From Rhizophagus irregularis (lineage: Eukaryota), in contig NC_089434.1 in assembly GCF_026210795.1 (NCBI RefSeq), positions 1,550,001 through 1,614,000 on the forward strand: DNA of 64,000 nt, given 5' to 3'. Every line of letters begins with the position of its first letter. Positions within the stretch are counted from its first letter, which is position 1. Of the stretch, positions 50,089 through 61,423 are shown one piece after another. The notes beneath the pieces were generated by a model that was given only the letters and a program-made list of their open reading frames with translations, was not told where the DNA came from and made no database searches. The position numbers and the translations under genes were made by a program.

Positions 50089-50625
50089 TTACACTTGGGA
50101 TACTGCAAGACAGTAGAAGCGTCGCTCGGCCTTTTGCATCAATGGAGAGCCTGGTCTATATAACCAGGGGATAGCGACTTTCTGGATTATCCTAGCCGCT
50201 TTATTGTTCCTTCTTTCTATATATCTCCTAAAGGCATTCTGGATCATTTCAGCATGATGAGTATAATAGTCGAAATTAAAATGCTTTGGGCAACTATATA
50301 AATGTAGTCGCACCGCTTGATCCATGAAAGCGTCAGCTCCCCATCCACGATCAATAAAAGATTTACAGTAGGTACAGTACCACCTATTTGGTAGTCGTGA
50401 TACTATTCTCCTAATGTGCACAATATAAGTATATACAGCTTGACGAGACCTTGGATAAGGTAGCCGCCTATGAAAACCTATTCTACTACAAGTCTCATAA
50501 TATTGCACAGCATTCTGAATGCGCTTAGCCCACGCGTGGAAACTTTCGTCGTCTTGTCTACATAATCCGTCGGTGTTTTGCATTTGGGTATCTCGTAAGA
50601 TTACATATCCCATAGGTTTATTCAA
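50089..50625 (-). CDS. Hypothetical protein with CxxC..H..C finger and IQ-like motifs
   Basis: WYCTYC...LHLYSC; AEMIQNAFRRY and AARIIQK; first ATG is 4 codons into the listed ORF. Confidence 0.6.
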   Translation of the reverse strand: MNKPMGYVILRDTQMQNTDGLCRQDDESFHAWAKRIQNAVQYYETCSRIGFHRRLPYPRSRQAVYTYIVHIRRIVSRLPNRWYCTYCKSFIDRGWGADAFMDQAVRLHLYSCPKHFNFDYYTHHAEMIQNAFRRYIERRNNKAARIIQKVAIPWLYRPGSPLMQKAERRFYCLAVSQV

Positions 50626-50676
50626 TTATGCCATCACAATATGTCAGTAAAAAATAAACCTACCAGTTCTTAGCAA

Positions 50677-52529
50677 TCATGTCCAGATAACCTTGTTCGC
50701 ATTTTTCACATGGCAGTATCCCGCGGTTTCAAACTTGAAAGTCTTTAGAGTCGTATCTGCATTCTCTGAACAAGTGAAAAGCGCGGGACTATCTGGCTGC
50801 TCTTCTAAAATAAATCCATCCGTATGGATACGTCGTACTTTATCCTTGTATGGTTGAATTGCCTCAGATGTAATTTTGCGACCACGTGCTAATAAGAATG
50901 GGGCGATCCTGGGATACTCACCTTTGAAGGGATTACCTGGGTTTGTGAACTGGAATCGCCACTGGTCAGATTCTACTGGTATGATAGAGTCGAGTGTATG
51001 GCCCTCTGGAAATGTAAACGGGTCTGTTTGATCTGCGGTGAGTGTTTTGTAATTACGCTTCCTCTGGCATAATGCTTCCCATAATGTGTTGAGGACTCGC
51101 TTTGCCACGCGGCCAGCTACGCCACCCTGGTTTTTAATTTTGAAGAGGAAGTGTACATACTCACCGAATATTACAGTTCCAGGGATTCTCGCTTCTCTAT
51201 CATATATCAATGCATTTGGCTTCCCATCCTGTATTAACTGTATATTGAGACCAAGTTTTTTTGCTCGTTGTAAGTCAATGAATGTATAGATTCCCCTTTT
51301 ATTCTGTCGGAAGAGAATATTATTCCCACTTACCTTGGCACGGAATAATCCATACAAGGCATAACCCTGTGGTCAACAAAGTCATTAAGTGTCTGGAATT
51401 TACCCCGTCTGATTGGAAAGTTTGCATTCGATTGTTGAATACTCGGGTATAAACTTGTTGCATCGTACTGTCTTCCATAGCCCTTCCACTCGTTATCTGC
51501 CCAGATTAATCCTCCCATCATTGCATCACTTAACCACTCTGCTTCTATCGGGTCAAGAGGATCATTGGCTGGAATCCCTACACTTAATCGTTCGAATAAC
51601 CAGAGAGCCGTTCTTTTGTAAGACCAGTTATGGTATGATAAGTCGATTCCTAAACCGAACTTCTTTGTCTCCTGTAGAAAGGAATTCCGCTCTTCGTGGA
51701 TTCTCTGATATGCTTCTTCGAGAGTTTCATATACCCCAGTCTTACGGTTTTTCTCGACGGGGATGAAAGAACTCTTGGAATTCTTATTTTTTTGAAACTG
51801 CCCAATTGTGCAAGACTTAACCGTTTTGCCGTTGTATATTGTGACTACATTATTGGTCCCATCTTCATGGTATACAATGGGTAAATTACGCTTTTTATCT
51901 AATTTACTGGAGTGGAGTCTTCCGGGATTTAACGCGAGGGAGTAATGGCCTTCTGACAGGATGAGAGTCGCACGTCTATCGGACTTACTCTTAGAGATTC
52001 GGGTAATGTCCCCCACAATATTAATTGCAAGACTTCCTGCGAGTTGTTCAACCTTGTCCATGCATGAAACTGGGATGGAAGCATCACGATTGAGACCTAA
52101 TGCCTTTTTGATATACTCGGGCTTTTCGATTGACTTTGGCATTTTAGAGAATGTGCCGTAGATATATTTCAGGCATTCATACAGGCAATCATTTAGCTCC
52201 CCGTTGCAACCTCCTGCAACCGGTGGGGCATCTCTCACATAAATTATGAATCGTTCAAAATAATCAGGGTCTGCGTCATCCGGTAGTTGTGCTTCGTCGT
52301 AGTGATCCAAGAGTGAGAAAAGGCTAGCTGGTTGGTTTCCTGATGTCCATCCACCGGGTTTCCAGTTTTCATAGGGGAGCAGGATCTGAAATTTATGTGT
52401 CGGATACCGGGATTGGAGTCGCTGTCCAAGTTTTGCTATTGCTCCTCTGGAAAATCTTGCGCCTGAATACTGTAATTCTTTGATATCCGGTCTTGTAGGT
52501 AAAGCACGGACAATCTCTGAATAAACCAT
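50677..52529 (-). CDS. Short protein-primed family B DNA polymerase (~617 aa), one frameshift at ~51365
   Basis: MMGG, motif A YDATSLYPS, motif B KRVLNTLWEAL, motif C-like IHTDGF; N-terminal NDCLYECL...GHY; adding one G restores DHRGYALYGLF. Confidence 0.82.
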
Positions 52530-52612
52530 TTGATGTATTTATGAATTGTGTTCAGTTGTAATATAGGTTTTTTATACAAAAAATATAAGATAACTAAGAA
52601 GTGCTTATCTTA

Positions 52613-55041
52613 TTAAAAGGAGTCAATCTTGCTGCATACACAATCAAGATCCTCTTCATCCCAGTCATCGATGAGTCCATTGGCAGCTTCCCATTCACGT
52701 TCCATATCAGTTTTTGGACGTTCCTCGGGGATCTCTCGCGCTTTACCCTTATCTGCCCTCATAGTTTCATAACCAGAGGGGTGGGAATAATCTCGGCATC
52801 ACGATTATCCTTGTATATTCTTATTAAATCTGCGAGTTCTTTACGGCTAGGTATTTTAGGTAAGTATCCATTATATTCGATCCAGTCCTTGAAGCGGTCT
52901 ACTACCTCTATAAGGTAGTACTGGTACTCGTCCTCAATACGCGTTGTGGGACATTCCTCTATTTCAAACGCGAGTATTTCCCAGTCATATTCGTCTGATG
53001 CGTCTTGGTACTTAGCCCATAATTCCTTACTTGTATTGTAGAGATCATCGAAGGCCTGGTCTTTTGAATTTTTAACCCACGGTTTGCGATCCCATCGGTG
53101 TCTTTCATGCCAAGCCCAATGCGCTCGAGTGCCTTCCTTTGGTTCAGGATCCCGGTCAACTTCTGGTTCTGTGTCGGGTTCTGGGATAAATTGCTCTTCA
53201 GGAGCCGGTTCTGGGTCAGGCTTAGTGACAGATGCAGAAGATTCTGCGGGAGATTCGGGTTGTTGTTCAGGAGTTGGGTCCACAGTTGTAGTATCCGAGT
53301 CTGATAACAAGTTGTCTAAGACGTCGTAGTCATCATCTGGTTCAGGGGTGGGTTCTTCTTGGTCAGGTTTCTCGTCAGATAGATAACAGTCTGAGAAGTT
53401 ATCTATAGGTTCATCAGTGTCTGACTCATTAGTATCTTCATCGGGATCCGGTTGTTCTTCCCTTAACTCTTGTTGACGTTCTTTTAAGTGGTCAGGCTTG
53501 GGTGGAAGCGGTGGAGGAGTCTTGCGAATTACAGGTGCGGATTTTTCCTCGGCGGGTTCGGGTTTTTTCTCAGCGGGTTTTTCCTCAGCGGGTTTTTCCT
53601 CAGCGGGTTTCTCGGCAACTAACTTTACTCCCTCTACTGGTGCTTCCTGTACATCTTGTACATCTTGGATTACTTTACTAAAATTCTCCACGATTTTTGC
53701 TTTATCTAATATGTAATAGTTTATTCGGGTACCTGAGCGGCTTACACGCATTTTAGGGGTGAATTGTTTAATCTCCATACCGAATTTATTGTCACTTAGT
53801 GTTTTGTTTTCACCCTTCTCACTGCACCAATTCTGGTAAGTGCTATAGAAATTTGTACACGGGATTTCAAGTGTGTCGCAATTGTCGGGCCACATCATTT
53901 CAAGGTAATATTGTATAAAACGCTGGGGATTCGGGATACTTGCTTCAATTAACTCCCGTTTCATTTGAGTATCAGGAATAGATCGGGGATTGAAGCCAGT
54001 TAAGTCTCGGCTAAGTAGATAGGACATGAAGGAACTGGCTGTATCCGGATTTTCTAATACTTTTACGAGAGAACTGAAGTATTCTCTATTGCCCTTATAT
54101 TTGGCTGAGACGTTGAGAGCTACAAATCTTTCATCTCCCATTTCTATGCGGATTGGCATAGCATGATTACTGAGGATCATGTAGCCAGCAAAGTCATCAA
54201 TAACCTTCACATCTATCCCCTTTTCCTCAATAGAGATGTAAGGCTCGGTGATTAAACTCTTGAGTCAGTTGTTTGCCCCGTGCCATTCCTTGCCTGACAT
54301 ATCGCATTCATTGAGGATGATAAGTTTTTTGGCACGAACAGCCGCATTGAACCTTCCCATTACATCTTCAAGACGAGTAGTGGAGAGGAAATTTTCACGG
54401 CCGAGAATACGTTCTCCGATAAAATCGGTTAAGATATTCTTACCACATCTGGGGGGACTGCGCATGATAATTGCTGTACCGGGTTTTTTGTCTGGATTTT
54501 GAATTAAAAATGCGAGCCAGTTGAGGATGTATATAGTTAATTGCTTGTCCTCTGCACACCATACCTCATGAACATGTCGGATGATTGGATTAACTAGGTT
54601 TGGTTTGATGCGCTCAGCGGGTTGGGCCCTGAAACCTAGGAAGAGATTGAAGAATTCAGGATTATACTTTGGCGCATTTGGGGGATAAGGCATGAAGTTT
54701 ACATCTGTATAACAGATCTTTGCGATTGATGCTTGGAGAAGAAGATCCTTTAATTTGGTGGATGTGGTCACGTCACTGTCTTCTCCGGTATCTGACCGAA
54801 TAATTACCTTGTGCTTAGTAGAAATCCCCTTAAGATCTGTGGCGAACTCGAAGTATATGCTTCCATTGTAAGCCTTCTTTTTTCTAATCCACATGCTGGA
54901 TTTTGTGGTGATGAAAGCCACAGAAGCCAAGATTGCTGAATTGACGCTTTCTTTCATGTGTGTACCTACACATTTTTTAAGAAGGTCATCGTAGAAGAAA
55001 CGGTTGTTGGGGTTAAAGATTGCTGGAACTTGAGCGGCCAT
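52613..55041 (-). CDS. D5-like superfamily 3 helicase (DUF5906-like) with long acidic tail; in-frame TGA at 54265 and frameshift at ~52780
   Basis: FNLFLGF, LNWLAFLIQNP, Walker A SPPRCGKN, Walker B LIILNE, LKSLIT, motif C ILSN, ERF; winged-helix-like FYSTYQNWC...FG. Confidence 0.85.
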
Positions 55042-55069
55042 TTTTTGTTCTATCAAATCGAGTACTAAT

Positions 55070-55555
55070 TTATAGTTACCTAATCTTCAATTGCCGAATA
55101 TATTTTTTCTGATGGGGGTAAGTGGTCATAGTTCGGGTGCCATAGTTCGGGTGCCATAGTTCAGGACATAGGGAATCATACTTGGAGGGTCTAGGTGAGT
55201 ATATAAAGGGTAATCATAGCGTGAATCGGGTGTTGGGGTCTGAGGGGCTGACTAAGGCTGCCATAGTATTATTATAAGATTTTTCGTACTATGGCAGGTA
55301 CTATGGCAGGAGATTCTGTTTGATTTCGGCTTTATTCGCGTTTTTATTCCATTTTTAAGTAGTCTGCTATAGTTGCCATAGTTGTCATAGTAAGTTATAT
55401 ATAAGAAAAAATGTAGAAAAAAAAATAAGTGGAAAAATACCGTGGCAGACCATGGTACTGTGGCAGGTAAACCTGCCCCACGGAGGGGGGATGTAGGTAC
55501 TGCGAGGCCGTGGCCGAGGTGGAGGAACGTAGTGACTACACTACCAGCCCGACGA
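55070..55555 (-). repeat. Right terminal inverted repeat
   Basis: Reverse complement of 30555..31039. Confidence 0.95.
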
Positions 55556-55750
55556 CTCAACTTCACTTTCTTTAACAACTTTTATAGGTCTGTTCGGATT
55601 GTCTTTATTCTTCTTATACAGTTAATCATTCAATACGATAAAATATCTCAATTTTCATTTGATGGCAGCCCGCTGCTCTTTAGTTAGGTATGTTGGCATA
55701 AAATAGTCCGTTAAAAATTGTACGAGTGAAAAATATATAGATAAATCCAT
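55556..55750 (-). pseudogene. Gypsy integrase, N-terminal part
   Basis: MDLSIYFSLVQFLTDY...LYKKNKDNPNRPIKVVKESEVE with two in-frame stops; continues at 30547 after removal of the insertion. Confidence 0.75.
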
Positions 55751-55835
55751 TCCGTCAAATCAATATGGGTAGTCTGTAAAGTGGTGTCAATAATGCGTGT
55801 CCGATGTAAAAATATTCAAATGTAAATACTCTTTT

Positions 55836-58413
55836 TTAGTGTTTAATCCGACTAAGTGTATCTACGTTTGAGTGTAATCGCCCAGGGTGGTTTATAATTT
55901 CTAGATCATAGCCGTTAAGAATCATAATCCATCGTCCAAACTTGCCAACGGGTTTGATATATTCATGAGATATCTTAATGCCACATGGTCCGTTATAACT
56001 GTAAATCGTTGACCATGCAGGTAATGGTGAAAATATTTTACCGACCAGACAACTGCAAGGCATTCTAGTTCGGTAATTCCGTAATTTCGCTCATGCCTAT
56101 TTAGAGTCCTGCCCGCGTAGGTGATCACATGTTCCCTTTTTTCATCATCTTTCTGTGCCAGGATAGCTCCTAATGCAAACGTAGAAGCATCGGTATACAA
56201 TATAAACGGTTTTTCAAAAACCGGATATGCCAAAATTAGTGGAGTTGTTAGACACACTTTTAATTTTTTGAAAGCTTCTTGTTGGTCGTTTGCCCAAATG
56301 TAAGGAATATTTTTTTTGAGAAGGCGATGTAAAGGCTCAGCTATCCTCGAAAAGTTTTTTACACACTTTTGGTAATACGAGGCCAACGCAATAAACCCTC
56401 GGAGCTGTGTTAAGTTTTCTGGGATAGGAAACTCTTTGATGATTCTCAGTTTTTCAGGATCAGTATGGATGCCTTTCCGGCTTACAACATGTCCTAAGAA
56501 GGGTATTTTGTCCTTAAAGAAGAAACATTTCTCCGGACTTAATTTTAAGCCGGCCTGTGCTAGTCGCGAAAATACCTGTTCCAAATGCGATAGATGTTCC
56601 TCAAAAGTTTTTGATCCCACGTTGATATCGTCAATATATACAATGACGAATTGCCAGAAAATATCCCGCAGTACTGTATCCATGAGTTGTTGAAATGTGG
56701 CTGGAGCATTACATAAGCCAAACGGCATTACAGTAAATTCGTAAGTGCCAAATCTGGTGATAAAAGTGGATTTTTCACGATCTTCCGGGTCCAGTTCCAC
56801 TTGCCAGAATCCACTTGCCAGGTCTAGTGAAGAGAACCACTGAGAACCAGACAATGTTTCCAACATGTCATCGATTCGTGGCAGGGGATAGCAGTCCTTC
56901 TTTGTCACCTTATTCAATTTTCGATAATCAACGCAAAGGCGTTTCTTCCCATTTTTCTTCTCAACAACGACTACCGGGGAAGTCCATTGACTATTGGAAG
57001 GAACTATCAATCCGGCTTTCAAAAGTCGTTGTATTTCTTCCTTTATAAACAATTGGTTTTTATAGGACGTTCGATAGAATCTTTGCTTGATCGGTACTGC
57101 GTCTCTAGTGTTGATATGATGCGTAATCGCTGTAGTTCATCCGAAATCATCCGAATCCCAAGAGAATAAGTTTTTATGCTTATCCATAAATTCTTTGAAT
57201 GTTCGTTGTTGTATATCATCTAGTTCTCCTGTATGGAACATTCCTTTTTCTACCTCTTTATATTGGTAGAAGTATTCATTTTCAATAAATAAATCTTCCT
57301 TCAAATGTTCTTCAATTTCTTGTGCTTTTTCTTGTGTTATAAACTGTGTATTACAAAACATTTGTTCCTGGATATCTTCATCATCGCTTTCGTATTCTTC
57401 CTCGGATTCCTCTATAGGTTCATCATCATCATCTACTGCTTCGATTTCAGGTGCTTCAATACTTACAATGTGGTGAGGCACTTCCTGACATTCAGTTGCA
57501 ACTTCAATGACATTTTCTTTTCATTCAATAATCATCTTATTCTTATTATAATCAATAACGGCTTTGGTCTTTCGCAACCAATCGTTTCCTACAATAGCAG
57601 AATACGAATCGGCATCTGTAACAATAGCATCCATTGGTATGGTAAGACCTTGAATCATTAAAGGAATGTTTGTTACTGCGCCCAATGGTCTCCTTCGTTC
57701 ACCGTTAACATTTACCATTATCGTTTTTGACGCTTGTGTTATTTCCATGTCTAAATCCTTTAACAATGATAATGATATGATGCTTCCGGCAGATCCAGAA
57801 TCCACAATTAAAGGAAATTGTATATGTTTAATCAAAGCCTCACAATATAGTGCAGATGTTTTGTCACTATTTGGTCGAGCAGTATTCACTTGCATAAGGT
57901 CTTGTATTTCAGGAGCAGCTTCTTCTTCTGGGGCTTCATTATTTGTAGATTTCTTGATTGGCCTTTTTTCTTGTTCCTCGTCTTTTTTCCGAACAACAGG
58001 TTTTCTTAATTGTTTGGCGATGGTTAAGCCAAACTTAGGGTTTAGGGCTAATAATTGTCCGTTCGTGATGTTAGCGGGCTGATCGAAAAACTGTTGAAGT
58101 GTGTAGGGTTCGACCATTTTATTAACTGGAGCGACGATAGGCGATTTCTTCTTAACGATCCTGGTCGTTGCCTTTTTTATTTCGGTTTTCTTTGACTCTA
58201 CAGTCTTTACCGTTGGTTTATTTTTCGTTTGATTTAATTGAGGAATATTTTCATCCTCTTCCGTATTAATTTTTGTTGTTCCTTGTAAAGGATTATGTCT
58301 TGCCTTACTCCTAGTGATTCTCGTTGCGGGATAAGTTTCTAATAATGTGAGATTCGAGGGAATTGTCTTAAGGCTAGTACTCTCACCCCCCTGAGGTACG
58401 CCTTTTAGTTTAA
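55836..58413 (-). pseudogene. Gypsy pol (protease, RT, RNase H) with premature stops and one frameshift
   Basis: LIVDSGS (PR); RLCVDYRKLN, LDLASGFWQ, MPFGLCNAP, YIDD (RT); YTDAS, TELECLA, TDH (RH); TGA at 57521 and 57137, shift at ~55955. Confidence 0.93.
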
Positions 58414-58414
58414 A
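58376..58414 (-). promoter_or_regulatory. -1 ribosomal frameshift signal between gag and pol
   Basis: Slippery T TTA AAC (58408-58414) directly before the gag TAA, followed by stem-loop GTAC CTCA GGGGGG TGAG A GTAC; the -1 frame is open into the protease. Confidence 0.8.
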
Positions 58415-60023
58415 GACTGATTGTTCTCCTCTTCTTGTGATACTAATTGGGTTAGTAGCTGATGAATCTGGGCAAGCTGATTATCGATAGTACCAGTTGC
58501 TTGAGGCGTGGGGCGTCGATTGTTATTGTTATTACTACCGTCATTATCGTTACCACTGTTGTTATTGTTAGCGGGCGCCGTGTTATTATTCCGATTGGGA
58601 CAACTCCTCACGATGTGTCCTGGTTGCCCACAGAAGTAACAAATCACTCTACTTTGCATAGCAGGATTTTGCTGAGCTTGATTATTGGGTTGCGTAGCAC
58701 CTCATTGGCTATTATTATTATAGCCACTTCTATAGCCTCTATTCCCATTATTTCTGGTAGATAACTGTTGCACTTGCTTCGTCAACTCCTGAATTGCTTT
58801 ATGTAAATTTTCCATTTGTTTGTCTACGCCGGTGGGAGCAAATTTATTTAAATAGGCGTTAACAGCATGCTGGTCTTGATGGGTCAGTTCGTAGGCTTTA
58901 GCTCTATCTACTGCGCCATTCCACGTTTGATCATTATACGGCTTAACTGTAACATATAAATCTGGCAACAATCCATTGACGAATTTTCTAGCTTTGATAG
59001 CTTCGGGATAGATGAAAGCGTTGGTTTCTACTCTTTTGTAAAGTTCCTGTAAAGCAGCAGCATACGTGTTGACATCTTCTCCGGGCTGTTGTCACTTTTG
59101 TTCCAATTCCGTAGTCCAGATTTTGATCAAGGTTTGCGTTCTAAAAGCTGTAGGGAAATTTTGGATGAAATCAGTATTATTATTGTCGCCAGTCCATGCA
59201 ACAATTTTATTCGGATCATTATTCGGTAACGCTTGATTGGCATTCCACCAAGTGGAGGCGGCTCCTTTGAGATAGGCTGGTACAACCTCCAATTTTCGGC
59301 CATTTGCTATCCCATTTGCATTGCATGATCGAGTAAAGTCTTCTAACCATGCTATTGGGTCCTGGTTTCCCCCATAGAAGTAAGGTAACTCAGCCATCCT
59401 TCCCTCTCTACGCGGCGGGTTAGTGATTGCTTGGGTATTCCCGACTAACGCATTGTTAGTGTTTGGCAACGCTTGGGTCAAAGCGGTAATAGCAGCTCGT
59501 AGTTGTTGAAAATCTTGCTGATTAGGCTGTGCCATGTTATCGGGTTGTTGGGTTATCCGTTGTGTGTTTGAGTCCTCTGGTTCGGTGTAGCTTCTTCTGA
59601 AACTGGTGCTATTGAAAGACTAATCTCACTATAATTGTAGGCAATTATAAATATATCCAAGCGAAAACCTTGGGTAATACTATAAGCGTTCCAAATCTCT
59701 TGTTGTAAGGTTTCAAAACTTAGAGTAGGTGTATCTGAATACCTAATACTAAAAATCAAATCAATTATAGCTATCCAAATGTCGTCTCCTTCGACGTACG
59801 ATAGCTCCTCCAAATATTGTTGAGTGTACCGAGTATAGGTTATGGCTGGGTATTCCGAACTGTACCAGTCCCAAAAGGTACTAAAGTTGTCGGATAATAA
59901 TAGTTCGGGTGGGTAGCAGTGGTTGCAGGATCTGTCACGATGACGATAGGTGATATTAGGGCTTCTTAGGTCTTGATGTAATCTATCGTGGTTAATATTT
60001 CTTTGAAAATGCGCTACAAACAT
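58405..60023 (-). pseudogene. Gypsy gag with probable N-terminal extension
   Basis: LPYFYGGNQDPIAWLEDF...LKGAASTWW, QQPGEDVNTY, CYFCGQPGHIVRSC knuckle; in-frame TGA at 59092 and 58702; the upstream ORF joins by a 1-nt shift at ~59585. Confidence 0.85.
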
Positions 60024-60050
60024 ACACTTTGGGTCGGCAGGGGTGTTAAG

Positions 60051-60070
60051 GATTCTGGCAGAAGGCACCA
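60051..60070 (-). other. Primer binding site (probably tRNA-His)
   Basis: TGGTGCCTTCTGCCAGAATC 2 nt inside the 5' LTR; resembles the complement of a fungal tRNA-His 3' end (from memory). Confidence 0.7.
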
Positions 60071-60072
60071 AT

Positions 60073-60560
60073 TGTTAGAAGTCAGTTCTTGTATGCTTAG
60101 GATTAAGCTATGTATATAAATTTATATTTTGGGTTTAGGCAGAAGGTTATAATTAATGGATCGTCGTTAACGCTAAAATTGAACCGATCAGATGTAAATA
60201 ATGTATCACTCAACACTAGTGCATACACTCAGATACAAATAAAGGTCACAGATTAGCAAAACTCAAAAATCAAAGTGTATATTTTAAAGATAAACCTTTT
60301 TTATTAATTAAATCCTAATCAACCGATACATTTTAATGCTCTTCTTTTACAGGTCTATATATATGTAAAAATACTAGACTAAAAATATCTAACATATTGC
60401 ATTTATTAAATAAATTAAACATATTTGATATATTGAACATATTTGATATGTTGCATATATTTGATATGTTTCATATATGCAACATATGCAACATTTCGAA
60501 CATTGATCGTCACCTCGTGATTAGGCCGAATTTTTGTCACGTGATTGATCGTTCGTTACA
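60073..60560 (-). repeat. 5' LTR of Gypsy element
   Basis: Direct repeat of 28344..28831; adjacent to PBS. Confidence 0.96.
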
Positions 60561-61423
60561 ATACAATTTTACTTCGCATATATTTTACTAAGTAATGTCA
60601 AATTTTGTTATTGGTATATTACTTTTATTATTTCAATTTGACTAAACCAAAAAAGATATATCTTTTTTTTTAAAAAAAAATTAGTAATTTTATTGATAAG
60701 AAACACTCGTTATATTACAAAATAATTTATTGTTCCTTAAGGTCATAATATATTTTAAAACATGATTGTTAAATATAATTTCTGTCACCTCGATTTAACA
60801 GCTGGTCATATTAAATAATTTTTAATTAATAATATTATTGTTATTAAATGAGATTGTAATAAAAAATATGCTATATTTATATATTATCTTGAAAAATCAT
60901 TATGACTTTTTTTGTTTTCATGTGAAGGTTGTTCATTTTTCTGTAAATCTTCAGCTTCAAGCATAGGAATCCATTTGGTACAGAATTAACTTTTGGAATA
61001 AAAGATATCACTGATCGAACAAAAGAAATAAAAGTGGTATTTAAGCCTTTTTTTTTAATCGCCTATAGGATTAAAAAATCTTTTGAATTATAAATTATTT
61101 AAGTTAGTCTTTTTTTTAACGGAAATTTGCTAAATGTCACGTACATAATTTCTTTATTCGATAATTACATAAACGAATTTTTATTAATTTATAGTGAGAA
61201 ACCCAAGTCAAATTTTTTCAGGGATATTTCAATTTGATCATTTTTATTGAGAAATTATTTTCGGTTTATTTACTTTTAAATTTAGATAACTAAATGGGTC
61301 GGATACCATAGAAGTAATATTTTTTGCTTAAAATTTTTTATTTTTTTGGCTGAAATGCTAATGATTGACATAATAAATCGTAAGATTATTAGAGCACTAC
61401 AAAAAAAGAAAGGTTTTTCAATA

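Larger units (their letters stand above)
30554..55555. mobile_element. Polinton/Maverick-like element (~15.0 kb net of nested insertions) carrying a Gag-protease gene
   Basis: ~485-bp TIRs; TSD CTCAAC (30548-30553, 55556-55561; 6 bp, or 5 bp if the termini are read one base differently); integrase, A32-like ATPase, pPolB, SF3 helicase, DUF5679-like gene. Confidence 0.92.
28344..60560 (-). mobile_element. Ty3/Gypsy LTR retrotransposon (~7.2 kb) interrupted by a 25-kb insertion
   Basis: Two 488-bp direct repeats TG...CA differing at 6 positions by my count; 4-bp TSD ATAC (28340-28343, 60561-60564); PBS, PPT; gag-PR-RT-RH-IN order on the minus strand. Confidence 0.96.
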
